The position numbers and the translations under genes were made by a program. Below the pieces are notes generated by a model. The model made no database searches. It had not been told where the DNA came from and was given only the letters and a program-made list of their open reading frames with translations. Positions 56,024-64,000 of a stretch of 64,000 nucleotides of DNA are shown here, piece after piece. The stretch comes from a virus. Its lineage: Duplodnaviria; Caudoviricetes. The stretch spans positions 74,778-138,777 of IMG/VR virus record IMGVR_UViG_3300036805_000167; one strand, given 5' to 3'. The stretch's first letter is position 1. Every line of letters starts with the position of its first letter.

Positions 56024-56104
56024 TCGACCTCCCCACCGGGCCGTACCGACCAGTGCGGCCCGGTGGGGCCCTCCCTGCTATGCGCATGAGTAACGAAGGA
56101 GCAC

Positions 56105-56326
56105 GTGATGGAGTTTCCCGAGGCGCACGCCAAGGCGATGGACTGGCTCGGCCGCGTCGAGCACATCGCTGATGACGACGAGCAGGCCCATATCGAGGAG
56201 GACGATTTCCGCGAGTGGGCACTGGAGTGGATCGCCGGGAGCGCGAACGGCGCCACCGAGGCGGCTGCGATCGCGCAATTGGCCTTGGCCACACGCGACA
56301 TCGACTTCTCCAGGTGGTGTTCGTGA
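56105..56326 (+). CDS. Hypothetical protein
   Basis: DDEQAH.EED...FSRWC; AAGGAG RBS. Confidence 0.65.
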   Translation: MMEFPEAHAKAMDWLGRVEHIADDDEQAHIEEDDFREWALEWIAGSANGATEAAAIAQLALATRDIDFSRWCS

Positions 56327-56901
56327 TGAGCGAGCTGCTCTACAAGGCCGTGAACCCCGACCTGATCTCCCGGGGCGATCTTCGTTGGGAGATCGGCACC
56401 ACCGTCGTCCACCCGACCAGTACCGCGATGGTCCGCGACGACCCGAGGACGTACCTGTCGCTCTCGACCGAACCCGCCGAGACGTTGATCGGACGTAACT
56501 GGCCTGCGCGGCTGCTTCGCGTGAAGCCGATCGGCGAGGTGATCGACAGCGACCGGTACCCCTACAAGCGTTGCTGTATCGCCGCCGAGGTCGTCGACGA
56601 GGTCGAGTCGTGGCGGGTGTTCGGGCCCAACGGCGAGGCCGTCGTTGCGCTGATCGAGCGAGCTTCGCGGCTCACGGCGGACGAGGCCCATCGCCTCTAT
56701 GCCGCCTGGGGCGCCGCCAGGGGCGCCGCCTGGGACGCCGCCTGGGACGCCGCCTGGGACGCCGCCTGGGACGCCGCCTGGGACGTCGCCTGGGGCGCCG
56801 CCTGGGACGCCGCCAGGGCGTTGATGGTGCGTGACCTGATCAGCGCCGAGCACTTCGAGACACTGACCGCGCCGTGGCGCTCGGTCGTGGGGGAGCTGTG
56901 A
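56326..56901 (+). CDS. AAWD-repeat protein
   Basis: 12-bp coding tandem repeat at about 56701-56818; FGPNG and LTAPW motifs. Confidence 0.75.
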   Translation: MSELLYKAVNPDLISRGDLRWEIGTTVVHPTSTAMVRDDPRTYLSLSTEPAETLIGRNWPARLLRVKPIGEVIDSDRYPYKRCCIAAEVVDEVESWRVFGPNGEAVVALIERASRLTADEAHRLYAAWGAARGAAWDAAWDAAWDAAWDAAWDVAWGAAWDAARALMVRDLISAEHFETLTAPWRSVVGEL

Positions 56902-57110
56902 TGACGAATCTGCCCATCCCCGACGAGTCACTGAGCATGCTGGATCGCTGTCTTGCCCCGGACCACGGAGTGCACGGACCCGAGTGTGTCGCAGCCATCG
57001 CTCGCCCGGTCCTGATCGCCTACCTGCGAGAGAAGTCCAAGCAGCATGCGGGAACCGACTGGGACTACGCGTTCCTGCACTGCATCGACGAGCTGGAGGC
57101 CGGGCGATGA
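56901..57110 (+). CDS. Hypothetical protein
   Basis: Coupled ORF. Confidence 0.5.
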   Translation: MTNLPIPDESLSMLDRCLAPDHGVHGPECVAAIARPVLIAYLREKSKQHAGTDWDYAFLHCIDELEAGR

Positions 57111-57213
57111 CCGCTGACATGTACTGGTTCATCGCGGTCGTCCTGTCGGGGCTCGTCAACTACGAGTTGGGCGCCTGGGGCGAGCGTCGCCGACAGCGAA
57201 GGAAGGCCGAGCG

Positions 57214-57435
57214 GTGACGCCTGACTGGATGGTCGCCGCGGTGCGCGCCACCACCCGCGCCGGGCTCGAGGACGCCTGGCGCGAGGCCACGAAGGCCGGC
57301 GAGTGGACGGCCCGGGACGCGGCGTGGTGCGCGGCCCTGACCGCGCGGCTCGATGACGTGGACGCGGTGGCGATGAACGAGCTAGTGGGGGCGCTGGCCT
57401 CGAGCAACTACACCCGGAAGGGAGCGAAGCGGTGA
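57214..57435 (+). CDS. Hypothetical protein
   Basis: Coupled ORF. Confidence 0.5.
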   Translation: MTPDWMVAAVRATTRAGLEDAWREATKAGEWTARDAAWCAALTARLDDVDAVAMNELVGALASSNYTRKGAKR

Positions 57436-57707
57436 GCACCCCGGCGATGATCCTGCCGTTCGGCCTGCGTGACCCGGCGTTCCAGGAGCGCATCTGGGCG
57501 ATCAAGCGCGCCCAGGACGCCAACGTGCCGGTCGAGCAGTGGGCGTTTCTGCGCGAGCCGCTGGTCGCCCGGGGCGAGTTCGAGGCGTTCACGCACTGCC
57601 CGCGGGGCCACCTGGCGGAGCATCTGTGCGCGGATGCTCCGCGCCCGGGTTACGTCGCGCGGCGTTGCGAGCGTTGCGACAACTCGTGGTTGGTCCGCAC
57701 GCCGTGA
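57432..57707 (+). CDS. Zn-ribbon hypothetical protein
   Basis: CPRGH...CERC. Confidence 0.55.
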   Translation: MSTPAMILPFGLRDPAFQERIWAIKRAQDANVPVEQWAFLREPLVARGEFEAFTHCPRGHLAEHLCADAPRPGYVARRCERCDNSWLVRTP

Positions 57708-57909
57708 GGGCCCCGGATACCTGGTGCGCCTGACCAGAATGCAAGGTGCTCGATCATCATCTCATTGAGCGCGTTGTCATCGCTGGCATCCGGGCTACCT
57801 TCCCCGATCCGGCAGCTCCACACTACCGCCGAGAATGTCGCCACTGTCGTCACGTCTGGAGGCAACCAGCTTCTTGACTTCATAACCTAGAGCGCGCTAG
57901 GATACTGAC

Positions 57910-58098
57910 ATGACCACAACGCAGACCGCTCAGACCTACGACCAGCACGGCAATGAGGTGGCGGTGAGCTTCGAGCCGACTAGTGGCTGGATGTACCTCC
58001 GCGTAGCTGGCGTCGAGCTCTGGGTCTCGCAGAGCGAGTGGCGTGACATTCGTCGAGCCGGTGACCACGCTATGGAATCCGTACTGATCGACTTCTGA
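57910..58098 (+). CDS. Hypothetical protein (leaderless)
   Basis: TTGACT -35 and TAGGAT -10, the latter 6 nt before the ATG. Confidence 0.6.
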   Translation: MTTTQTAQTYDQHGNEVAVSFEPTSGWMYLRVAGVELWVSQSEWRDIRRAGDHAMESVLIDF

Positions 58099-58135
58099 GC
58101 TCGCCCCCTCCACTTTCTGCCAGGAGAAACTGACC

Positions 58136-59116
58136 ATGACCACGGTGGAAGACTTCCTCGCCAACGACCAGCAGGCGCCCGCCAAGATTCGTCGGGACAG
58201 GTGGTCCAGGCCCCTGGTGATGCAGCCCAGCGGCGACCGCATTGCCTACACCCGGGCATCCACGCTGGGCAAGGCCCTCGACGACGAGGCCGGGCTGACC
58301 GCCTGGAAGATGCGCTTGACCGCGGTCGGCGTGGCCAAGCGCAAGGACCTGATCCTCGCGGTCAACGCCCACTTCGCCGACAAGACCGCGATGTCGGGCA
58401 TCGTCGAGCAAGCCATGGACGCCGCCGAGGCCGGCGCCGCCGCCACCTCGGGCACCGCGCTGCACGAGCTCATGGACGCCACCGACCATGGTCGCGACCC
58501 GTACGTCCCCGAGGAGTATCGCGCCGACATCGCTGCCTACCGCGAGGCCACCAAGGGCTTGGAGTTCATCCGCTCCGAGGTGTTCGTCGTCGATGACGAG
58601 CTCCAGGTCGCCGGCACCTACGACAATCTGTTCCGGCTCAAGGCTCCGGCAACGACCCCCGACGGAACAGTGCTCCCGAAAGGGACATACCTGACAACTG
58701 ACAAGAAGACCGGCCAGGGCATCCAGTACGGCCACTGCAGCTGGTCGGTCCAACTGAGCTGCTACTCCCATGGGCGCCGCTACGACGCGGCCACCGAGTC
58801 GCGACTGGAAACCGAGCCGGTCAATCTCGACTGGGGCCTGATCGTGCACGCTCCGGTCGGCAAGGGCACCGCGCAGCTGTACTGGATCGACCTGCGCAAG
58901 GGTCGTGAGCTCGCGAAGCTCGCTGCGACGGTGCGCACCCAGCGCAAGGCCAAGACCATGGTCGCCGCGACCATCGAGCCGCCGTGCATCGAGCGCATCC
59001 CGGAAACCACCAGCCTCGAGGCGCTGCGCGAGCTCTGGACCGAGGCTCGCCAGTCCGGTGAGCTGACCGAACAGTTCCAGTCCGCCGCCGGCGACCACGC
59101 GAGGAGTCTGACGTGA
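58136..59116 (+). CDS. PD-(D/E)XK (RecB/Cas4-like) exonuclease
   Basis: YTRAST, L.AWK, GTALH, E..V...AGTYD, DKKTG, QLSCY. Confidence 0.85.
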   Translation: MTTVEDFLANDQQAPAKIRRDRWSRPLVMQPSGDRIAYTRASTLGKALDDEAGLTAWKMRLTAVGVAKRKDLILAVNAHFADKTAMSGIVEQAMDAAEAGAAATSGTALHELMDATDHGRDPYVPEEYRADIAAYREATKGLEFIRSEVFVVDDELQVAGTYDNLFRLKAPATTPDGTVLPKGTYLTTDKKTGQGIQYGHCSWSVQLSCYSHGRRYDAATESRLETEPVNLDWGLIVHAPVGKGTAQLYWIDLRKGRELAKLAATVRTQRKAKTMVAATIEPPCIERIPETTSLEALRELWTEARQSGELTEQFQSAAGDHARSLT

Positions 59117-59319
59117 AAGCCACATTCGAGGTGACCGGCCGCGACATCACTGAGCTTCATCGTGCCATCGCCGAGCGGGCCAACAAGTTTGCCGGAGATT
59201 CCGGGTTTGCGTACGAACTCGTCGATATATCGCCAGCCACACCTTTAATTCGTGCGGGGAGCGTGATCGTCACCTGGCAGGTCGAGGTCACCATCGAGGT
59301 AGCGCCCTCCGCTGACTAG
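59113..59319 (+). CDS. Hypothetical protein
   Basis: GTGA coupling with the exonuclease gene. Confidence 0.55.
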   Translation: MKATFEVTGRDITELHRAIAERANKFAGDSGFAYELVDISPATPLIRAGSVIVTWQVEVTIEVAPSAD

Positions 59320-59549
59320 CTTGTTCCACAGGCCCTGACCCGGCCCCCATCGCCCGACACGAAGGAGCTTCACGTGCGTTCCCACATCCATGGCGGCCCG
59401 CCGCCCGGTGCATGCCGCTGCTGGCACGCCCGCGCGGACCACCCCACCCGCTGTCACGCCGACGGCTGCCGCTGCCGCCGCTTCGTCCCCAATGCCCTGT
59501 CGGTGATCCTGACACTGCGTGTCTGGATCTATGCCCTGCGGAGTGCCTC

Positions 59550-60047
59550 GTGACCGCCGCTGAGACCCTGACCGTCGACCCGAACTGCCAGGGCACCCGC
59601 CACCACAGCTTCCGTTCGCACCGGGAGCACCACTGCACCTGCCCGGGCGAGTCCTGGGACCGTTGGATGGCGCACCGGGCGTTGCGCAACGCCCGGGAGC
59701 GTCCCCGCAACCGTGCCCGCGACGAGGTGCGTCGTTCCTCAGGACTGCGACGCACCGCCCCGAGGGTCTCGGAGTTCGAGGCGACCGAGCTGGACCGCCG
59801 GCTGCGTGCCCATCCGGACCTGGCCTGCCGCGACCATGACCATGAGCTGTTCTCGATCGACGGCGACGAGCGCACCCCACTGAATCAGCGCCAGATCGCC
59901 AAGGCCCGCCTGGTGTGCGGGGGGTGCTCGGCCCTCGCGTTGTGTCGCGAGGCGGCCTTGGCCCACGACGACGTCTTCATGATCCAGGGAGGGCTCACGC
60001 CCCGCGAGCGGGACCGCATCCGCAGCGAGCAGTGGGGTGCGGCGTGA
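59550..60047 (+). CDS. whiB: WhiB-family transcription factor with extra N-terminal Cys/His domain
   Basis: ACR....LF...AR.VCGGC....LCRE.AL.....IQGGLTPRER. Confidence 0.82.
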   Translation: MTAAETLTVDPNCQGTRHHSFRSHREHHCTCPGESWDRWMAHRALRNARERPRNRARDEVRRSSGLRRTAPRVSEFEATELDRRLRAHPDLACRDHDHELFSIDGDERTPLNQRQIAKARLVCGGCSALALCREAALAHDDVFMIQGGLTPRERDRIRSEQWGAA

Positions 60048-60664
60048 TCCCCCGTCCCTGCGACGACCCGGACTGCCCGGCCCCCAGTCACGACACCGAG
60101 TCCGCTGAGCGCATGGGCTGCACGTCCGAGGCCGCCAAGGCCGCCCGGCGCCGCATCCGCAAGCTGCGCGCCGCCGGCGCCCACCCCAGCGCGTTCACCC
60201 ACAACGTCGGCACGGTGCGCCGGCTGCAGGCCCTGGCGGTGCTGGGGTGGCCGTGCCAGGCCCTGGGGCAGCATCTCGGGTGCAGCGAGCAGGCGGTGGA
60301 GCGGATGCGCTCCGGGCGCATTCCCACGGTGTATGTGCGTACCGCGGCCCGGATCGCGGCGCTCTACGACGAGCTGTCGATGACCCCGGGCCCGAGTGCG
60401 TTGACCGCCGAGCGTTCCCGCGCCAAGGGGTGGCTGCCACCGCTGGCCTGGGATGAGCGGGCACTCGACGTTCCGGAGGCGGCTCCCGCCAGCACGCCCA
60501 CCCCCTGGCGAGCGCCGATGGTGCCCGTCGACCGCGACGAGGTGGCCAGGCTGACCGCGAAGGGTCGCAGTGTCGCGCAGATCGCGGCGGCGCTCGGCGC
60601 GCACCGTCGCTCGGTGCAGCGGGTTCGCGCGCAGCTGCGGGCCGAGCTCGAGGAGGCGTCGTGA
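60044..60664 (+). CDS. HTH DNA-binding protein
   Basis: GTVRRLQALAVLGW, WLPPLAWD, C-terminal SVAQIAAALGAHRRSVQR. Confidence 0.8.
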   Translation: MIPRPCDDPDCPAPSHDTESAERMGCTSEAAKAARRRIRKLRAAGAHPSAFTHNVGTVRRLQALAVLGWPCQALGQHLGCSEQAVERMRSGRIPTVYVRTAARIAALYDELSMTPGPSALTAERSRAKGWLPPLAWDERALDVPEAAPASTPTPWRAPMVPVDRDEVARLTAKGRSVAQIAAALGAHRRSVQRVRAQLRAELEEAS

Positions 60665-60827
60665 CCGACCACCGTGGCTACCGACCGCGCATGGACGACG
60701 ACGGCATCGACGTTCGCGCCATGGCCTCCCAAGGCCGCGAGGTCGACGAGTCGGTGTGCGTCGCTTGTCGAGCCGGTTCGCACCGCAACTGCCGATCAAA
60801 GACCTGCGCCTGTCCGAAGGAGCGATC

Positions 60828-61100
60828 ATGACCGACGAGACCTGCGGGCAGTGCGGCGAACCGATCCCCGACAGCTCGCACTCGCCGTGGTACTGCGCCG
60901 AGGCGTGTGAGCTTGCGTGGCGCACCGCGCAGTACGGCCTGACTGGGATCGCGGTGCTGCCGCAGCTGCCCCCGGAGCGTCCGTTGAGCCAGGACGGCTA
61001 CGGCGCAGTGGCCTGGTCGCAGCTGTCGTGGTGGCCACACCCGCGCCGCGACGTCCCGAAAGCCGACCACCTCAACGACGAGCGGAAGGACATGGCGTGA
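60828..61100 (+). CDS. Zn-finger hypothetical protein
   Basis: CGQC...YCAEAC. Confidence 0.55.
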   Translation: MTDETCGQCGEPIPDSSHSPWYCAEACELAWRTAQYGLTGIAVLPQLPPERPLSQDGYGAVAWSQLSWWPHPRRDVPKADHLNDERKDMA

Positions 61101-61477
61101 TGGACGTCGACGTGAAGCGTGCGTGGGTCGACGATCTGCGCTACGGCGGTCAACGCCAAGGCGCGGGGTACCTGCGCACCGAGGGCGGGCTGTTCTGCCC
61201 GCTGGGGCGGCTGAGCGAGCTCGCGGTGTCCGCTGGCGTGCTCGCTGAGCCGACGTTGGACCGTTCCTGGGGCGCCTACCGCTACCCTGACGGCGCGAGC
61301 TCGGTGTACGGCCAGCTCCCGGAGGCGGTGATGGCGTGGGCCGGGCTGCGCTCTCCTATGGGTGCCGACCTCGAACAGGCTTCGCGTGGGCACTTCGGGC
61401 ACCCCGACATCGCCGACGCCAACGACGACGGCATGAGCTTCGACGAGTTGGCGACGTGCATCGAGAAGTGGCTCTAG
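61100..61477 (+). CDS. Phage hypothetical protein
   Basis: WVDDLR.G..RQG.G.L......FCPLG.L...ND..MSFDELA..IE. Confidence 0.7.
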   Translation: MDVDVKRAWVDDLRYGGQRQGAGYLRTEGGLFCPLGRLSELAVSAGVLAEPTLDRSWGAYRYPDGASSVYGQLPEAVMAWAGLRSPMGADLEQASRGHFGHPDIADANDDGMSFDELATCIEKWL

Positions 61478-61526
61478 CCCGGCTTCACGAGCCCTGCGAG
61501 CCGTGCGTCCTGGAAGACTGCGCTGC

Positions 61527-61919
61527 GTGACCACTCCGGCACCGGCAGGTAGCGACCGGTGCTCGCCGATCGACGCTCTGAGTGCCTGCGAGCGCTGCTC
61601 GACCACCGCGCGGAACTGCTTCGAGACCTGGCAGATCGAGGATCATCGCTGCTGCGCCCGCTGTGAGCACGGCACCCGGTTCATGGTTGGCCGGGACCCA
61701 CGGCCGCGACCGACGAGGCGCCGGATTCCGCGGGGCTGGACCACCGACGGGCTGGAGAAGCACATCGAGCAGCGGAACAAGGTGCTGGCCTACCTGGTGG
61801 GTCAGCACCACGGTGGCCGGTCGGCCCGGGCGGAGACTCTCGACCGGGTACGCGACCAGATGGCGGGCCTGGTGTCGGTTCTGGGGCATGCGGAGATTCC
61901 GGCCCCTCGACAGGGTTGA
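61527..61919 (+). CDS. Cys-rich hypothetical protein
   Basis: CERC..C..CCARC.H. Confidence 0.45.
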   Translation: MTTPAPAGSDRCSPIDALSACERCSTTARNCFETWQIEDHRCCARCEHGTRFMVGRDPRPRPTRRRIPRGWTTDGLEKHIEQRNKVLAYLVGQHHGGRSARAETLDRVRDQMAGLVSVLGHAEIPAPRQG

Positions 61920-61952
61920 CCCTCTATCACGCCCTAGGGTATAGTTCTCGAC

Positions 61953-62210
61953 ATGAGCACAGCAGTTTTTTCGCGAGGGGTCCTGATCGCGCAGGCCGAG
62001 GCCGAGATCGCCGCCTGGGGGGATTCGCCCGACTACTGGCGCCACATGATCGACGTGGCGATCGGTAACGGCCACCCCGGCGCCGCCGAGGTGTATCGGG
62101 AGGCCGTGGTGCTGACCGAGCGCATCGACCGACTGGCCGAGGACGAGGTGTCGATGGACGAGCTCGAGGACGCGGAGTGGATCGAGACTCAGGTGCAGGC
62201 GCAGCAATGA
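61953..62210 (+). CDS. Hypothetical protein (leaderless)
   Basis: TATAGT lies 7 nt before the ATG. Confidence 0.6.
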   Translation: MSTAVFSRGVLIAQAEAEIAAWGDSPDYWRHMIDVAIGNGHPGAAEVYREAVVLTERIDRLAEDEVSMDELEDAEWIETQVQAQQ

Positions 62211-62419
62211 CCAGGGAACCGATGATCCTGACCGGCACCTCGCCTAGCGGCTACTCGTCGCACCGGATCGTGCTCGGCATCTCCGACGACGGTCACAACG
62301 TCTGCGCGATCCGCGTCGACCACAGCCCGGAGTTGATCGTCGTGCCACAGCGCGTCACCAGCGCCGCCGTCGCTGAGGCGATCGCCGAGGTCACCCGGAT
62401 TGCAGAGGAGCAGTCGTGA
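62207..62419 (+). CDS. Hypothetical protein
   Basis: ATGA coupling with the upstream ORF. Confidence 0.55.
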   Translation: MTREPMILTGTSPSGYSSHRIVLGISDDGHNVCAIRVDHSPELIVVPQRVTSAAVAEAIAEVTRIAEEQS

Positions 62420-62591
62420 ACGACGAACAGATGACTCGGGCGCGAGGGAAGGTATACGCCGCGCTGAGCGACCAGAAAGTGATCCGCAGGGGTGTTCTCG
62501 GTGGGTTGCGGCGAGAGCTCGACGCTCCGGAGATGGAAGACATCGCTGCGCTTGCCGTCGCTGCTCTCCGCGACGAGCTGGAGGCCGGGCG

Positions 62592-63017
62592 ATGAAGCCC
62601 TGTAAGGACTGTGGGTCGACGACCCGCAAGCTTTCAGCGCCGGGTCCGCGGTGCGCTACGTGCCACCGAGAGCGACGCAAGACGGTCAAGGCCGCCGCGC
62701 ATCAGCGTTACGTCGGCAGGACCTACGGCCTGCCTGCGGGTATGTACGACGCGCTCTACGAGGCCCAGGGCGGACGGTGCGCGTGGTGCGGCCTCTCGGA
62801 CGGTGGATCAAAGAAGCTCGCCGTCGACCACGACCACGCTTGCTGTCCCGACTCGACGTCGTGCGGGAAGTGCGTCAGGGGCTTACTGGACTCCGTGTGC
62901 AACCAGTTTCTCGGGTTTCGCATGCGCGACGACCCGGAGCGCATCCGCGCCGGCGCTCGCTACCTGACCGACCCACCCGCACAGCGGGTCTACATGTCCT
63001 GGAACGGAGTCTCGTGA
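62592..63017 (+). CDS. Endonuclease VII (Holliday junction resolvase-like)
   Basis: YGL...Y..L..AQGGRCAWC....LAVDHDH..C...VRGLL...CN..LG. Confidence 0.9.
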   Translation: MKPCKDCGSTTRKLSAPGPRCATCHRERRKTVKAAAHQRYVGRTYGLPAGMYDALYEAQGGRCAWCGLSDGGSKKLAVDHDHACCPDSTSCGKCVRGLLDSVCNQFLGFRMRDDPERIRAGARYLTDPPAQRVYMSWNGVS

Positions 63018-63259
63018 CCGCGTTGGTTGTCGTTATCGGCCTGGCTGTGATCCTGATCGGCGCGGTGACCGTCGACCGACTGCACCCTGAGGTCCGCGCG
63101 CAGCGGGCTCGCGACAAGGCGCGGCGCCGGGAGCGCCGGGAGTTCGACGCCGAGACGATCCGTCGCTTGCAGTCCCACGCTCGCGTGGTGAACCGGCTGC
63201 GCCTGGCCGGGCACCGCGAGCTCGCCGACGAGTTCGAAGCCAAGGGCCCGCAGCAGTAG
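63014..63259 (+). CDS. Small membrane protein
   Basis: N-terminal TM segment. Confidence 0.55.
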   Translation: MTALVVVIGLAVILIGAVTVDRLHPEVRAQRARDKARRRERREFDAETIRRLQSHARVVNRLRLAGHRELADEFEAKGPQQ

Positions 63260-63292
63260 ACGGGACACTCTAGAGCATGTTAGGATAAAGCC

Positions 63293-64000
63293 ATGACAAC
63301 AGATATGAGCCCGAACGAGGCCGCGGACGAGTTCGAGCGGCAGCGCCCCCAGAGCGCGGCGACCGAGTGGGGCCGCGTCCTGATCGACCACGCCCGCGCC
63401 ACCGCGCCCGCGTCCTCGGCCGAGGGCGACCCTCGAGTCGACGTCCTCGCCTCGCGGCTCTGCGTCACGGTCGAGGGTGGGCGCGACGAGGCCCGCGCGG
63501 TGCTCGCCCGTCTCGACGCGCTCCGCGCCACCTCGCTCCGCGCGACCGCGCCCGCGCCCGAGGGCGGGGACCTGGCCGCGCTTCTCCGCGAGATCGTCGC
63601 TGACGTTGAGCGTCGATACCCAGGCACTCGCGAGCCGGACAACCGCTCCGACTGGGGTCGAGGCGTCGCGTGGATGCTCGACCGGCTGACGACCATCGCC
63701 GACGAGAATCCCGCCCCCTCGGTAGCGGCCCCGCCACCCGAGGGCAGGAACTTGGTCGAACGGGCACGGTGGATGGGGCGCGTCGTCCGTGCGACCACCA
63801 CGATCGACGACAACGCCCGCGAGAACATCGCCGCCGAGATTGGCCGGCTCGCCGTGCGCCTCGCGCCTTCGGTCGCGCCCGAGGGCGGGGACCTGACTTG
63901 GCTCGTGGACGGGCTAACACGGATCGCGAGTGACCTCGAAGAGGCGAACGAATCGCTCGACGACGAGCGGGTCGCCGAGGAAGCGCGGTCGGCCGTCAGT
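63293..64000 (+). CDS. Ala/Arg-rich hypothetical protein, runs off the window
   Basis: TAGGAT lies 6 nt before ATG 63293; frame appears open to the end; repeated (A)PEG motifs. Confidence 0.55.
   Translation, partial: MTTDMSPNEAADEFERQRPQSAATEWGRVLIDHARATAPASSAEGDPRVDVLASRLCVTVEGGRDEARAVLARLDALRATSLRATAPAPEGGDLAALLREIVADVERRYPGTREPDNRSDWGRGVAWMLDRLTTIADENPAPSVAAPPPEGRNLVERARWMGRVVRATTTIDDNARENIAAEIGRLAVRLAPSVAPEGGDLTWLVDGLTRIASDLEEANESLDDERVAEEARSAVS

Larger units (their letters stand above)
1..64000. mobile_element. Actinobacterial siphovirus-like phage or prophage (genome ends and att sites not seen)
   Basis: Ordered terminase-portal-protease-capsid-tail-TMP-lysis genes on the minus strand, plus phage-type replication and early genes. 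No host housekeeping genes recognised. Confidence 0.95.

Noticed and set aside
58136-59116. Cas4 as evidence of a CRISPR system
   Set aside because: It is a stand-alone PD-(D/E)XK exonuclease in a phage recombination context.
1-64000. tRNA, rRNA or known ncRNA genes
   Set aside because: None recognised by eye; a covariance-model scan would be needed to exclude them.

Overview
High-GC window (actinobacterial by gene content and promoter style) that reads as most of a siphovirus-type phage or prophage genome. About 6.8-45.7 kb on the minus strand is a near-complete virion and lysis block: terminases, portal, protease, capsid, head-tail and tail genes, tape measure, tail spike and fibres, GH25 endolysin and holin-like genes. 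About 45.8-64 kb holds early and replication genes: a DUF3631-like ATPase, primase-polymerase/helicase, SSB-like protein, PD-(D/E)XK exonuclease, WhiB-like factor and endonuclease VII. The first ~6.7 kb on the plus strand is an accessory arm with small membrane proteins, an FtsK/TraB-like translocase, a membrane-anchored GIY-YIG protein, and a class F sortase next to a candidate substrate. The top finding is a 349-aa intein in the Walker A motif of the translocase. It has no in-frame endonuclease. Instead, an HTH-HNH endonuclease gene with its own leaderless extended -10 promoter is encoded on the opposite strand inside it, and the intein frame stays open. Other oddities: a prodomain-less S53 protease and an SNase-like nuclease in the lysis cassette, two iteron-like arrays, a strand-biased CATCGGAG cluster, and a CTAG-centred palindromic motif at about 13 early promoters. 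No integrase, tRNA or CRISPR array was seen. All family calls come from motif recognition by eye; no database searches were run.
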